Part shown: one piece after another, positions 16,786-27,604 of the stretch | Layout: every line of letters starts with the position of its first letter | How positions within the stretch are numbered: position 1 is the first letter of the stretch | Source of the DNA: an uncultured Calditrichaceae bacterium | Lineage (GTDB): Bacteria > Calditrichota > Calditrichia > Calditrichales > Calditrichaceae | Direction: 5' to 3' | Length of the DNA stretch: 64,000 bases | NCBI GenBank assembly: GCA_964467525.1 | Contig: CAYXRA010000002.1 | Location: 32,517 to 96,516, forward strand | The notes under the pieces: generated by a model | What the model saw: the letters and a program-made list of their open reading frames with translations, nothing else | What the model was told of the DNA's origin: nothing | Databases searched by the model: none | Translations under genes and position numbers: made by a program

Positions 16786-19200
16786 CTACTCCACGTATTC
16801 CTTAACCAGGCGTTTTAACATTAACCCGTAAAACATTTCGAGATAACGGCGTATTTCATCGCGTTCCAGATTGGATACAAATTTCCAGAATCCGTAAATG
16901 CGGGACAGGGATAATAGCCGTTTCGCGTATAAGTCCCAGGTATATTTTTCCTGAATACGCTTGATAGCCCCGTCCGAGATTTTTTTCCAGTGCTCCGGCT
17001 CGGACTGGCATTTTTCAAAAAATTTGGTCATTAATGTTGAAGCCTGAAATCCATGATTGGGATCAATGTGAAATCCTGATTTATTATGCATGATGATTTC
17101 CAGCGGTCCGCCGTACTGGGTGGCGAAGGTTGGCAATCCCGAACTCATTGCCTCAATGATGGTTAAGCCAAAGGCCTCAAACAGGGCCGGCTGAACAAAG
17201 ATGCCTTTATGATCGGCAATCACCCGGTACAGTTCGCCGACAAAATTTTTGTCCGATTGCTTTTCATACCAGCGCACCTGGTCGTGCAACTGGTATTCAT
17301 CCATCAGCTTATGCATCCGTTCGATTTGATGCTTTTCCTCATCATCGAGCGCTTTATCAATATCAACAGAACCGGCCACGACGAACACATTTGCCAGACT
17401 GCGCAGCTTGTCGCTTTCTCCATACCACTCAATCAGACCGGTGATATTTTTTATGTAGTCCAGTCGGGCGATGCTGAATATCAAGGGTTTATCCTTGTCC
17501 TTGAGTATTCCCCGCCCTTTTTGCAGATTATCACCATAAATCATTTCTTCAATCTCGGGTTGCAGTTCTTTAAGGCGGCGGTCATGTTCCGAGTAGGGAA
17601 AATAAATGTTGGCATCGCATCCCGGCGAAACGATGTTGAATTTGGGATCGTAAACGTTAATTCCGTGGACAACACGATAGAGCTCCGGCATGGTAAATGA
17701 CGTGTAACTTTCATATTGTCCAACCGCCTCTTTGGTCCCGGCGATTTCCTGATAGGTGCTGGTAATGATGAAATCTGCCGAATTCATGGCAATAAGATCG
17801 GCGGTAAACTGAGATGAAAAGTGATACTGGGCTTCATTTTCTTTCCAGTACAGGGCAGAGAAAAGATATTTCGTCTTTTCAAGGGCATGTGCGATGTTGC
17901 ACTGGGTAACGCCCATGCGCTGGGCAAGCAGTGTGGCGACCAGATTTCCATCGGAGTAATTTCCAATGATAAAATCGGGGCGGACGCCCAGCTCGGCCAA
18001 AATTTCCTTTTCAACATCGACGGTAAATCGTTCGAGATAGGGCCAGATGTCAAAACGCGAAATCCAATAGGGAATGATTTCACCGGCTTCATTGCGAAAA
18101 GGGATGCGCAAAATTTTTGCCCGCTCGGTACCGATCACTTTTTCTTCCCTGATGTTGCAGGTTGTGTTTTCCGCTTCCGGGATCAGGCGGGTAATAATCA
18201 GAATCCGCGGTTCGATATCAAGACCCTGCTTATAGATTTCAGCGCGCATTTCTTTTTCCAGAGCGCGCACCTGGTCGAGGATATATACTACCTGTCCGCC
18301 GGTATCCGGTTTGCCCAGTACGTTGGACTGGCCGAAATAACCGTGCGGCGACAGAATGACAAGATTAAACAACATCGGAATACGGCTGAGAAATTTTTCG
18401 AGAATTCTTGGCGAAGACGCTTCCAGAATATCCAGCAACAGATTCATATTTTCTGAAACGCGGGCAACAGTCCGGCCCCAGCCCACCTCAAAACCCATGT
18501 CCTGCATATCATATTCGATCTCATTCCAGGTGACGTCTTCTTCTTTGGTTTCTAAGTAATTAACCGCTTCACGCAGTTTTTCCTGCAATTCTTCATCATC
18601 TTTGATGCGTTCGTTGAGCATTAATTGCTGCCCGCGATACTTGTGCATTCGCAAGAATCTGTAGAGCATTTTGTAACCTTTTCCATTGCCTGAAAAAAGG
18701 AGCGACGAAAGGTGGCGGTTGAGGAATTCTACCCCCCGGCCTATCGACCGTCTCTCTTTCATATGCGGAAAGCTGCGGGTGAAAGGGTTCAGATCTACTT
18801 CAACAGTATATATATTATCATGCAGATGCGGTTCGACAATTTGCTCTTCAAAGGCCAGATATTCTGAAACATCGGCTTCATGAAATGATACATCCTCAAT
18901 GTGAAAACGCAGGTATTTCCAGTCGGCTATATTGAAACGCACGGAGAAAAACATCCATGGATGTTGTACAACGGCGACTTCAACTTTGCTGATAAAATCT
19001 TTAAAAACGGAATCCCAAAGATTTTTTGCATTGTTACTTTTGCAAAACTCCTGGAATTCAAACCAGATGTCCGATTTCAAAAGCAGTTGACGATTCATCT
19101 GGCTGTAATGTCTTAAAAGTAAATAGACCTCTTTTCTGTTTGATTGAATTACTTCATCTAATTTTCTGATCATTCTACTATCCCTGTACTCTGATTTCAT
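16786..19200 (-). CDS. Sucrose synthase (GT4)
   Basis: About 800 aa. [43 protein letters not shown] is the hallmark sucrose synthase block, and the C-terminal GT-B region has [27 protein letters not shown]. An alternative start (ATG at 19173, MIRKLDEV) would remove the overlap with the upstream gene. Confidence 0.9.
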   Translation of the reverse strand: MKSEYRDSRMIRKLDEVIQSNRKEVYLLLRHYSQMNRQLLLKSDIWFEFQEFCKSNNAKNLWDSVFKDFISKVEVAVVQHPWMFFSVRFNIADWKYLRFHIEDVSFHEADVSEYLAFEEQIVEPHLHDNIYTVEVDLNPFTRSFPHMKERRSIGRGVEFLNRHLSSLLFSGNGKGYKMLYRFLRMHKYRGQQLMLNERIKDDEELQEKLREAVNYLETKEEDVTWNEIEYDMQDMGFEVGWGRTVARVSENMNLLLDILEASSPRILEKFLSRIPMLFNLVILSPHGYFGQSNVLGKPDTGGQVVYILDQVRALEKEMRAEIYKQGLDIEPRILIITRLIPEAENTTCNIREEKVIGTERAKILRIPFRNEAGEIIPYWISRFDIWPYLERFTVDVEKEILAELGVRPDFIIGNYSDGNLVATLLAQRMGVTQCNIAHALEKTKYLFSALYWKENEAQYHFSSQFTADLIAMNSADFIITSTYQEIAGTKEAVGQYESYTSFTMPELYRVVHGINVYDPKFNIVSPGCDANIYFPYSEHDRRLKELQPEIEEMIYGDNLQKGRGILKDKDKPLIFSIARLDYIKNITGLIEWYGESDKLRSLANVFVVAGSVDIDKALDDEEKHQIERMHKLMDEYQLHDQVRWYEKQSDKNFVGELYRVIADHKGIFVQPALFEAFGLTIIEAMSSGLPTFATQYGGPLEIIMHNKSGFHIDPNHGFQASTLMTKFFEKCQSEPEHWKKISDGAIKRIQEKYTWDLYAKRLLSLSRIYGFWKFVSNLERDEIRRYLEMFYGLMLKRLVKEYVE

Positions 19201-21328
19201 CCAAAAAATTATAATGTTTTATGCCTTCGATAATACCGTCCGAATAAGTCTGATCGGCAAAGTATATGCGCGGCTTACCGTATAAATGCTTCAATTCGGA
19301 GCTGTAATTGCCTACTACGACGCCAAGAGTATGTCCGCGTAGCATTTCTTCGTCATTACCCGAATCACCGGCTACGAGAATACGTTCCGGGGTCAGATTC
19401 CATTTCATTACCAGATATCTGATAGCCAAACCTTTCGAAGCGCGGATGGGTAAAATATCAAGATAGGCGTTATGAGAGTGTATTACCTTTACCTTGAGAT
19501 TCTTTTCGCGTAATGCCCGGATAATTTTGCGTTTACCCGGCGCTTTCCTGTTGTCGATATAATAACTGATTTTGTACTTCCTCTGGTCTTCTTCAGGTTG
19601 CAGCCGCAATCCGGGTAGTTCATCCAGCACCTCGCGGATTTTTTCCGGTTGCCAGTTAAAGTCGAGATGATGCTCCCAGCTGCGGTCGCGTACCAACCCC
19701 AACCCATAGTAAATTTCACTGCCGACCGAAGTGATTAGAATATCCGGCATCCGTACCTGCCATTTGTTAAGCACTTCAATGGCGCTGGTCAGGCGGCGGC
19801 CGGTAGCCACGCTAAATCCGACATTGGCGTCGGTCTCATCGAGCAGCTTTAAAAATCTTTTCAATCCTTCCTCGTCACCCAACAGGGTATTATCTATGTC
19901 GGTGATTATCAGACGATCTATAATGGGTAATTTACTTTTCGACTTGGTCAGGAGATTTTTTGAATAATATTTTTCTTCGATGATATTTTCCACGCGATCC
20001 AGATAAGCGGTGGCATGACTGCGCCAGGAATAATACTTCTTTACATTGCTAATACCGTTTTTGGACAATTTTTGCCAGCGACTGCGATCTTCGATAATCG
20101 ACTGAATCGCTTTTCCCATTCGTTCAGTATCCAGCGGATCAATGAGTTCGCCGTTTTCACACTTTCCGATAATGCCCGTGGGACCGCCGTCATTGGTGGC
20201 AACAAGCGGCACGCCGCAGGCGCCGGCCTCGAGCAGTGTCAGTCCGAACGGCTCGGTCAATGCCGGATTTACAAACACGCCGTTTAATTTGGCGGTGAGC
20301 CGGTAGATTTCCGGGACATCATCCTGCTCATGGTGTTTGGGATAGGCGGCTCTGCCGTATAAATCGTATTTATCAATGAGATAGAGAATATTGCTGAGTA
20401 CGTTTTTGGCGTTCGAATCCAGCTTCCTGATGTCGTCACGATTTCCGGCGAAGACAATTAGGTTTGCATTTTCTTTTAGATATTTGTTTTCCCCGAATGC
20501 CTTAATGAGACTGCCGATATTCTTCCGTTCGTCGGCGCGGGACAGGGCCAAAACAATTGGTCTGTCGGTGTCGGTCAGAAAGCGTTCCAGTTCACTTAAA
20601 ATTTTGGGTTTTTCACTACTTTTTGTATAAGGAAAGAAAAGATCCAGATTTACACCGGGCGGAATTACAACCATACGTTTCGGATCATAATTTTCATAGA
20701 GTTCGTACTGCTCGTTTACCTCCTGATCCGTACTGGCCACAACCAATGATGCCGTATCGAGCGCAAATTCTTCGGCATCGATACGGTGACTGATATTATA
20801 GCGTGCTTCCATTTTCGGCAGTGGCATCCCTTTTTCTTTAAGGCGTGCTTTTTTAACGCGACCAAGAGAGTGACCGGTAAATATAAATGGCACGCCTAAC
20901 AGCCGGGCAACCTGAGCGCCTACATATCCGGCATCCGCATAGTGGGCATGAATCAGATCGGGGATTTTGCCGATATTTCGGAAATGCTGCACGGTGGCGT
21001 CTGAAAAACCGTCAAGATATGGCCAGAGCACCTCTTTACGCAGATAGCGTTTTGGTCCGCAAGCGATGCGGATGATATTGGCGTTGTCTGCAATTGGCTC
21101 CACACTCTGTGCATAGTCGTCGTCAATTTTGGGGTCGATTATTTTCCGGGTAAACAAGTCGATCCGCTCTATACGTGGATCGCCGGCCAGCTTTTTCGTC
21201 AGTTCAACAACGTACTTGGTCTGACCGCCCGTATCCGCATCCCGACCCAGCTCCAGATTCTGACTACGAATGAGTCCGTGAATACTTAATAGTGCGATGT
21301 ACAGTTTATTTTCATTTTTGTTATCCAT
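19178..21328 (-). CDS. Sucrose-phosphate synthase with C-terminal sucrose-phosphate-phosphatase-like HAD domain
   Basis: [30 protein letters not shown] and [31 protein letters not shown] are SPS/GT4 signatures. The C-terminal third has the HAD motifs [10 protein letters not shown] (DxDxT), SVATGRR and [11 protein letters not shown]. The start is placed at the ATG preceded by AAGAGGA, because the tracked ORF extends 16 codons further upstream. Confidence 0.9.
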   Translation of the reverse strand: MDNKNENKLYIALLSIHGLIRSQNLELGRDADTGGQTKYVVELTKKLAGDPRIERIDLFTRKIIDPKIDDDYAQSVEPIADNANIIRIACGPKRYLRKEVLWPYLDGFSDATVQHFRNIGKIPDLIHAHYADAGYVGAQVARLLGVPFIFTGHSLGRVKKARLKEKGMPLPKMEARYNISHRIDAEEFALDTASLVVASTDQEVNEQYELYENYDPKRMVVIPPGVNLDLFFPYTKSSEKPKILSELERFLTDTDRPIVLALSRADERKNIGSLIKAFGENKYLKENANLIVFAGNRDDIRKLDSNAKNVLSNILYLIDKYDLYGRAAYPKHHEQDDVPEIYRLTAKLNGVFVNPALTEPFGLTLLEAGACGVPLVATNDGGPTGIIGKCENGELIDPLDTERMGKAIQSIIEDRSRWQKLSKNGISNVKKYYSWRSHATAYLDRVENIIEEKYYSKNLLTKSKSKLPIIDRLIITDIDNTLLGDEEGLKRFLKLLDETDANVGFSVATGRRLTSAIEVLNKWQVRMPDILITSVGSEIYYGLGLVRDRSWEHHLDFNWQPEKIREVLDELPGLRLQPEEDQRKYKISYYIDNRKAPGKRKIIRALREKNLKVKVIHSHNAYLDILPIRASKGLAIRYLVMKWNLTPERILVAGDSGNDEEMLRGHTLGVVVGNYSSELKHLYGKPRIYFADQTYSDGIIEGIKHYNFLDEIRVQG

Positions 21329-21567
21329 GACATATTCCTCTTTGTGAAACTGGCTTAATATAGAAAAAATCGCCAAATATGCAAAATGGCGAATCCGGCT
21401 GTAATTTTAATTTCAGCATTGTTTATAAAAATAGAATCCGTATCGAATTAACTACAAAGATGGATTGATTACAAAAAATTCCAACTATTAGTATATTTAA
21501 AGGAAAAGATACATCAGGCTTTTAAATCGGGAATGGCGGATGGACGTATTTCTTTGAAATTTTAATG

Positions 21568-23367
21568 TTACTCCTTCATCAGTTCCGGATAAAGTTCTTC
21601 CATGCACCCAGGACAGATGCTGTGGGTGAAATCTGCTTCGGAATTTTTACGAATGTAAATTTCAACTTCATCCCAGTACCCTTTATCATCACGGATTTTT
21701 TTACAGGATGCACAGATCGGCAAAAGTCCGTGCAATGTTTTGACGTGATCCAGGGTATGCTTCAGCTCTTTGATTAATGTTTCATTTTGGTTGTTGACTT
21801 GTTGTATTTCCCGGTTTTGCCGGTAAAGTAATTTATTAGCCCGTTTCTGCGATTTATAGCGGTAGAAAACGAGCGCCAGGATTAAAAATATCAATATACA
21901 AATGACAATAATGAAATTTCTTACTTCGGCATGACGTCTGATTTCCAGTTTTTGAATCTTGTTGTCTTTTCGAAGCAGCGCATTTTCTTTTTCTTTTTTG
22001 TCTGCATCGAAGCGCACCTGCATTTCCGCAACTTTGCGATTCTTTTCTTCATTAAAAATCGAATCTTTAATGGCGGCGGCTTTTTTGAAATAATTCAGGC
22101 TTACGGTATACTGCTGTTTCTGTTCATGGATGCCGGCAAGCAGTGTGTAATTATCCATTATGAGGGCCTTGTAATTCTGAGAAAGAGAAAGCTGAAGACT
22201 TTTCCCGGCGAAGTCAAGAGATCGGTTCAGCATCTGCTGCTTGTTCAGAACACTGGCCAGGGCATGTTGAGCAATAGCAAGACGATGATCGTTACGAATC
22301 CGTTTTGCTTCTTTCAGTGATTTTTGATAATAGTCTTTTGCTTCTTTCAGATTTCCCTTTTCTTCATAGGTCTGGCCGATTTCTTTATAACAGTAACTGA
22401 GAAAACGTTCCAGATCGGATTTTACATAATTGGCCTGCGCCTTTTTGAGATATTCGAGCGCCCGGTCATACTTTTGCTGCTTTCTGTAATATTTTGCGAG
22501 ATTAATCTGCGAATAGGCCAAGCCCCGGTAAGCTTCAATTTCTCCTGCAAGTTGTTCCGCCTGTTGATGATGGCTTAACGCCAATTCCAATTTACCGTAA
22601 TCCTGATAAACAAGACCGATGTTGTTTAAAACAAGCACCGCACCTTCGTGGTCAGCACAGGCCTGGCGGATGGAAAGCGACTGTTGGAAATGGTTCAATG
22701 CCCGGCCATAATCACCCACACCCCAGTATATTGTACCAATATTATTGAGGGTAATGCCGGTCCAGGCGGAATCATTGACTGTTTTAAAATTTTCATAAGC
22801 GGATTCGTAGTAAGACAGGGCTTCCGAAAATGCCCCTTTTTGCCAGTTGATGTAACCGATCTGATTTTTAATCCAGCCTGACTTTTTGCGGTCCGCTTCC
22901 GACTTGCTGATGTCCAGTGCTGATGAGAGATAATCAATGGCTTTGTCTTTTTGATCAAGGCCATTGTGTAACAGGGCCAGGTCGATATAAAGCGCGCCGA
23001 TTTTATCCTGATCGTCCAACTCGCGGTACAGGTCGAGACTGCGGATATAGTGTTCACGGGCTTTGGGAAAGTCATTGGCTGCTTTCCGCGCCGCGCCCAA
23101 ATTTTTTTCCGCCTCGGCCTGCAGTGCTTTATGTTCCAAATTTATTGCTGTATGCAAGGCACGGCCGGCGAAAACAGCAGCAGAGTCCGGATTTGTATCC
23201 AAAATGCTTTCGGATAACCGGTTCAGTATTTCAGCACGGCTCTTCAGATTATCCGCGGCGTTCAGGGCATGTCTGAGGCTATCAACTGAATTTGCCATAC
23301 ACATTGGTTGACTTGAAAAGTAGAACAGGCCGACAATTAACAGGCCAAATAATTCGATTCGATTCAT
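21568..23367 (-). CDS. TPR-repeat sensor-like protein with one TM, a coiled coil and a C-terminal Cys4 module
   Basis: Signal peptide, about 9 TPR units (for example GDYGRALNHFQQSLSI, QKYDRALEYLKKAQ, GNLKEAKDYYQKSLKEA) and TM segment FIIVICILIFLILALVFY. The C-terminus is LPICASCKKIRDDKGYWDEVEIYIRKNSEADFTHSICPGCMEE. Confidence 0.6.
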   Translation of the reverse strand: MNRIELFGLLIVGLFYFSSQPMCMANSVDSLRHALNAADNLKSRAEILNRLSESILDTNPDSAAVFAGRALHTAINLEHKALQAEAEKNLGAARKAANDFPKAREHYIRSLDLYRELDDQDKIGALYIDLALLHNGLDQKDKAIDYLSSALDISKSEADRKKSGWIKNQIGYINWQKGAFSEALSYYESAYENFKTVNDSAWTGITLNNIGTIYWGVGDYGRALNHFQQSLSIRQACADHEGAVLVLNNIGLVYQDYGKLELALSHHQQAEQLAGEIEAYRGLAYSQINLAKYYRKQQKYDRALEYLKKAQANYVKSDLERFLSYCYKEIGQTYEEKGNLKEAKDYYQKSLKEAKRIRNDHRLAIAQHALASVLNKQQMLNRSLDFAGKSLQLSLSQNYKALIMDNYTLLAGIHEQKQQYTVSLNYFKKAAAIKDSIFNEEKNRKVAEMQVRFDADKKEKENALLRKDNKIQKLEIRRHAEVRNFIIVICILIFLILALVFYRYKSQKRANKLLYRQNREIQQVNNQNETLIKELKHTLDHVKTLHGLLPICASCKKIRDDKGYWDEVEIYIRKNSEADFTHSICPGCMEELYPELMKE

Positions 23368-23596
23368 ATGCCTAATTGTATATTTTAGAAGTTCGATGTC
23401 TCATTTAAAATTCATCCGCTAATTGCATTCAATCCTTTATCGTCAGGATAATTCAATTTTTAAGCCAAACGACAGTGACGGTAAAAAATATTATATTTAG
23501 TATCGTTTCTCATCAGGCCGATATTTTGCTGATTTGATATAATTTTAGTTTTTAGTAAATTAAAAGTTTACAACAAAAACAAAAGGAAGTTATGCA

Positions 23597-25735
23597 ATGT
23601 ATAAAAAAATTATCAGGGCCTTAATTATTATCAATACAGGATTAATCATGATAGCTTGCGATCAGACAGCCGATATGCAGCCCCCGGTGGCGAAGAAAAT
23701 TCCCGCGCAGGATACGCTTTTTAATGAGGTGCGCATCGATAACTATTACTGGCTGCGCGATAAAAGCAATCCGGAAGTGATTAACTATCTGGAAGCGGAA
23801 AACGCCTATACCGAAGCGATGATGGAGCATACGGAAGACCTGCAGGATCAGCTGTACAAAGAAATGTTGGGCAGGATAAAAGAAACCGATTTATCGGTGC
23901 CGGTGGAAAAAGACGGCTATTTTTATTATTCCAGAACGGAGCAGGGCAAGCAGTATAAAAGTCACTGCCGTAAAAAGGGCAGCCTCGATGCGGAAGAAGA
24001 AATCATCCTGGATGAAAATGAACTGGCCGCCGGACACGAATATTTCAACCTTGGCGTGTTTGAAATCAGTCCCGATCATAAGCTGCTGGCATTTTCCGTT
24101 GATACTACGGGTGGCGAGGCCTATACGGTATATGTTAAAAATCTGCAGACCGGCCGCATCCTCGAAGATGAAATACCCAATACCTACTATTCGCTGGCCT
24201 GGGCCAGTGACAACAAAACCTTTTTCTACACGGTTTTGGATCATGCCAAGCGCCCTTATCAGGTTTACCGGCACAAACTGGACCACGGTGCAGCCGATGA
24301 TAAGCTGGTTTATCATGAAGAGGACGACAGATATTTTGTCGATATCGAACGCACCAAAAGCGGCGGATATATTCTGATCAACCTGAACAGTATAATCACA
24401 ACCGAAGTCCGTTTTTTGAAAGCGGATGATCCGGAAGGAAAGTTTAAAATTTTTCAAAGTCGGAAAGAAGGCGTTGAGTACGAAATAGATCATCACTCCC
24501 GCTATTTTTATTTTCTCATTAATGAAGGGGCGATGAATTTTAAACTCATGCGCACGCCGGTAAATAAAACGGAAAAGAAATACTGGCAAACCGTCCTGGC
24601 CCATGATCCGAAAATCAAACTGGATAATATAGATTTGTTTGAAAAATATATGGTCATTTACCTGCGGGAAAACGGCTTGCGCGGCATTCATGTCTGTTCC
24701 CTGAAAAACGGCCGTACGCACAAGGTCGCATTTCCTGAACCCGTCTATACCTTTCGCATAGCTGAAAATCCTGAATTTGATACGCAATGGCTGCGCTTTT
24801 CATACATGTCATTTGTTACGCCGCCAACCGTGTATGATTTCAATATGAAAACCCATGAGCGGGTGCTGAAAAAACAAAAAGAAGTGCCGGGCGGATACGA
24901 TCCTGAAAATTACATAATGCAACGATTGTTTGCCGAAGCGAAGGACGGTACAAAAATACCCATTTCACTGGTTTACCGGAAAAATCTTACAATGAATGGT
25001 GAAAATCCATTATTACTTTACGGATACGGTTCGTATGGTTCGAGTCGTGAACCCAATTTTTCATCGAATATTTTCAGTCTGATCGATCGCGGTTTCGTAT
25101 ATGCCATCGCCCATGTCCGCGGCGGCGGCGAGATGGGGCGCTACTGGTACGAAGAAGGTAAACTGCTCAATAAGAAAAACACATTTTTTGATTTTATTGC
25201 CTGCGCCGAGCATCTGATCGAAAACCAGTACACCGGCAGCGAAAAACTGGTGATCCGCGGCGGCAGCGCCGGTGGGTTGTTGATGGGTGCGGTTACCAAT
25301 TTACGTCCCGACTTATTCGAGGTTGTCATTGCCCATGTGCCTTTTGTTGATGTGATTAATACGATGCTCGATGAATCGATTCCTTTAACCGTGATTGAAT
25401 ATGACGAGTGGGGAAATCCCGCTGAGGAAGAATATTATCATTATATAAAATCATACTCACCATATGATAATTTAAAAGCAAGGGATTACCCGGATATGCT
25501 GATTACCGCCGGACTCAATGATCCGCGCGTACAGTACTGGGAACCGGCAAAATTCACGGCCAGGCTCAGGGCGCTTAAGACAGATAATAATCTCCAGTTA
25601 CTGAAAGTCAACATGGGCGCCGGCCATGGCGGCGCTTCCGGTCGCTACGATTATCTCGAAGAAGTGGCCTTTGAGTATGCTTTTATTCTCGACCGGCTTA
25701 ATATGGTTAAGCAAACTACGGGATCGGGGTTTTAA
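23597..25735 (+). CDS. ptrB: Oligopeptidase B (S9A prolyl oligopeptidase family, protease II)
   Basis: PPVAKKIP...RIDNYYWLRDK at the N-terminus, catalytic GGSAGGLLMG, NDPRVQYWEPAKF and GAGHGGASGR. The length and lipoprotein-like signal also fit. Confidence 0.9.
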   Translation: MYKKIIRALIIINTGLIMIACDQTADMQPPVAKKIPAQDTLFNEVRIDNYYWLRDKSNPEVINYLEAENAYTEAMMEHTEDLQDQLYKEMLGRIKETDLSVPVEKDGYFYYSRTEQGKQYKSHCRKKGSLDAEEEIILDENELAAGHEYFNLGVFEISPDHKLLAFSVDTTGGEAYTVYVKNLQTGRILEDEIPNTYYSLAWASDNKTFFYTVLDHAKRPYQVYRHKLDHGAADDKLVYHEEDDRYFVDIERTKSGGYILINLNSIITTEVRFLKADDPEGKFKIFQSRKEGVEYEIDHHSRYFYFLINEGAMNFKLMRTPVNKTEKKYWQTVLAHDPKIKLDNIDLFEKYMVIYLRENGLRGIHVCSLKNGRTHKVAFPEPVYTFRIAENPEFDTQWLRFSYMSFVTPPTVYDFNMKTHERVLKKQKEVPGGYDPENYIMQRLFAEAKDGTKIPISLVYRKNLTMNGENPLLLYGYGSYGSSREPNFSSNIFSLIDRGFVYAIAHVRGGGEMGRYWYEEGKLLNKKNTFFDFIACAEHLIENQYTGSEKLVIRGGSAGGLLMGAVTNLRPDLFEVVIAHVPFVDVINTMLDESIPLTVIEYDEWGNPAEEEYYHYIKSYSPYDNLKARDYPDMLITAGLNDPRVQYWEPAKFTARLRALKTDNNLQLLKVNMGAGHGGASGRYDYLEEVAFEYAFILDRLNMVKQTTGSGF

Positions 25736-25807
25736 CAGCCAAATACGGATTAGCCAAAATTCCAAATAAAATCAGATTTTTGTACAATTGAGTGCGTGAA
25801 TTGATTT

Positions 25808-26329
25808 ATGAAAAACTTTGCGCAGATCGTTTTGGAGCATATCGGGCGTTATCCGGAAATGCAGATCCGGGATTTGTATAAACTGGCCTATCAGGCGGTT
25901 TTTGGCAACGCCCATCTGGGAATGGATCGTAAAAAAGCACGGGATGCTTTGCTTTCAGAGTTGAATGTTGTGAAACCCGGCTTTGCGCTTCCCCTGATCG
26001 AGATCATTGGTGCGGACACTTTAATGCTGCGCATAAATCTCGGCGCCTTTAAAGCCCTGAATGGCAATCCTGAATCGCTACTGTCCGCTCTTGTCGGGAC
26101 GGCAAATCATCACCGCGGGTCAATATCCGAATTTAAAAATTACTTAAATTTTATTCTCGTGCAAGCTGAACAAGGTGCATTACCATTTAATAAATCCGAG
26201 ATGCGCCGGTGGTTTAATGAAATGGAACAGCGAAGATTTCCCCAGGCCCACCATTCGCAGGTCTATCGCAGTTTATATAATCCTGCATACCGGGTGGTGC
26301 GGGCTGATTTCCTGAAAAAACTGATTTAA
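25808..26329 (+). CDS. Hypothetical protein
   Basis: A clean 173-aa ORF with coding-like composition. I recognise no family. Its C-terminus is HHSQVYRSLYNPAYRVV. Confidence 0.4.
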   Translation: MKNFAQIVLEHIGRYPEMQIRDLYKLAYQAVFGNAHLGMDRKKARDALLSELNVVKPGFALPLIEIIGADTLMLRINLGAFKALNGNPESLLSALVGTANHHRGSISEFKNYLNFILVQAEQGALPFNKSEMRRWFNEMEQRRFPQAHHSQVYRSLYNPAYRVVRADFLKKLI

Positions 26330-26478
26330 CAGAGCCGGGACAATTATAAATATGCTTTGATTTCAATCCGTGGTGTGAATAACTTTAGGTCTTTAAGTGA
26401 ACGCCGGACGCTTACCCTGGTTGGTAAGAGGGTGATCCGTAGTATAGAATCTAAAATTTCAAGTATCGGGAAAATTCT

Positions 26479-27495
26479 ATGAAAAAGATTTTCGGGTTGA
26501 TTATTTTACTGATTCCGTTGTGTTTATTATTTGCGCAGCCTGCGCAGCAGTTTGCCGAATTAGGGGATTTTAAACTTGAAAACGGTGCGCTGATCAAAGA
26601 TTGTAAAATCGGCTACCGGTTGTTTGGTGAACTGAACGCAGACAAATCAAACATCATTCTCTGGCCGACCTGGTTCGGCGGCACAACGAAACATTTAATC
26701 GGTTTGATCGGTGAAGATAAACTGATTGATGACCGCGAATATTATGTTATAGCCGTCGATGCCCTTGGTAATGGTGTGTCATCTTCACCATCGAACAGCA
26801 GGTCGCAGCCCGGATCGGCGTTTCCCAAAATCACCATCGCGGATATGGTACGTTCACAGCACTTCCTGTTAACGGAAAAATTTGATATCGACCATGTTTA
26901 TGCGGTGATTGGCGGATCGATGGGCGGCATGCAAACATTTGAATGGGCGGTAAGTTATCCGGATTTTATGGATAAAGCGATCCCCTATGTGGGTTCGCCG
27001 CGTTTATCCGCATACGATTTAATGCTGCATATGCTGCGACTCGAAATAATTGAAGCAGGCAGGCAGTACGGCTGTCCGAATGATACCATACTGGGACTGA
27101 TCCGCTCGGTCGAACATCTCGTGGCGCGGACGCCGGATTATTTTGCCGGTAATACCGATCGGGAAGCGGTGCCGGGCATCATCGCTGATTTCATGGAAAA
27201 TCAGTCGCAAACATTTACACTGGACAATTATGCGGCACAGCTTCAGGCAATGGTCAGTCACAATGTGGCCCGCAATTTTGATAATGATCTGCAAAAAGCA
27301 GCCCAACAGGTAGAGGCGGAAGTTTTTGTTATCGTCGGATTACAGGATCATATCGTGCATCCGGCGCCGGCGCTGGCATTTGCCGAATTGCTCGATGCCC
27401 GTACGCTGAAGCTGGACAGCGATTGCGGTCACCTGTGCGTTGGCTGTGAAATGGACACGGTAAAACAGGTTGTCGCGCAATTCCTGAAGGAATAA
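26479..27495 (+). CDS. Alpha/beta hydrolase, homoserine O-acetyltransferase (MetX)-like fold, with signal peptide
   Basis: The nucleophile elbow GGSMGGMQTFEW and C-terminal DHIV...CGHL resemble the MetX family. The N-terminal signal peptide argues against a cytoplasmic biosynthetic MetX. Confidence 0.55.
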   Translation: MKKIFGLIILLIPLCLLFAQPAQQFAELGDFKLENGALIKDCKIGYRLFGELNADKSNIILWPTWFGGTTKHLIGLIGEDKLIDDREYYVIAVDALGNGVSSSPSNSRSQPGSAFPKITIADMVRSQHFLLTEKFDIDHVYAVIGGSMGGMQTFEWAVSYPDFMDKAIPYVGSPRLSAYDLMLHMLRLEIIEAGRQYGCPNDTILGLIRSVEHLVARTPDYFAGNTDREAVPGIIADFMENQSQTFTLDNYAAQLQAMVSHNVARNFDNDLQKAAQQVEAEVFVIVGLQDHIVHPAPALAFAELLDARTLKLDSDCGHLCVGCEMDTVKQVVAQFLKE

Positions 27496-27604
27496 TTATT
27501 TTAAAAATTGCATTACAATTGAAGTTGAGATGGCGTATTTTCAATCGCTCATAATGTAACAAATCCGAATAATTTATTTGTAATCAGGGAGCGCTGAATT
27601 TTAT

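Noticed and set aside
21383-21395. A 13-mer, AAAATGGCGAATC, shared between the sps upstream region (21383-21395) and the gap after the EPS transferase gene (58307-58319).
   Set aside because: The match is exact and statistically unlikely. However, only the 21370-21392 copy forms an inverted repeat, and the second site is an isolated half-site with no shared flanks. That is too little to claim a common regulator, so I mention it only within the sucrose finding.
23891-24787. Long antisense ORFs inside well-supported genes: the 298-aa ORF opposite ptrB, 17821-18456 and 17209-17700 opposite sucrose synthase, 30608-31072 opposite the CDF gene, 10470-10868 opposite the DUF4175-like gene, and 41520-41993 opposite the adhesin gene.
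   Set aside because: These are shadow ORFs on the strand opposite genes with clear family motifs. Their translations are low-complexity or hydrophobic nonsense with no recognisable motifs.
26330-26478. Possible SAM riboswitch upstream of the MetX-like hydrolase gene, based on the hairpin CTTACC-CTGGTT-GGTAAG.
   Set aside because: The region lacks the SAM-I, SAM-II or SAM-V consensus elements I know. The protein also has a signal peptide, so it is unlikely to be the methionine-biosynthetic MetX.
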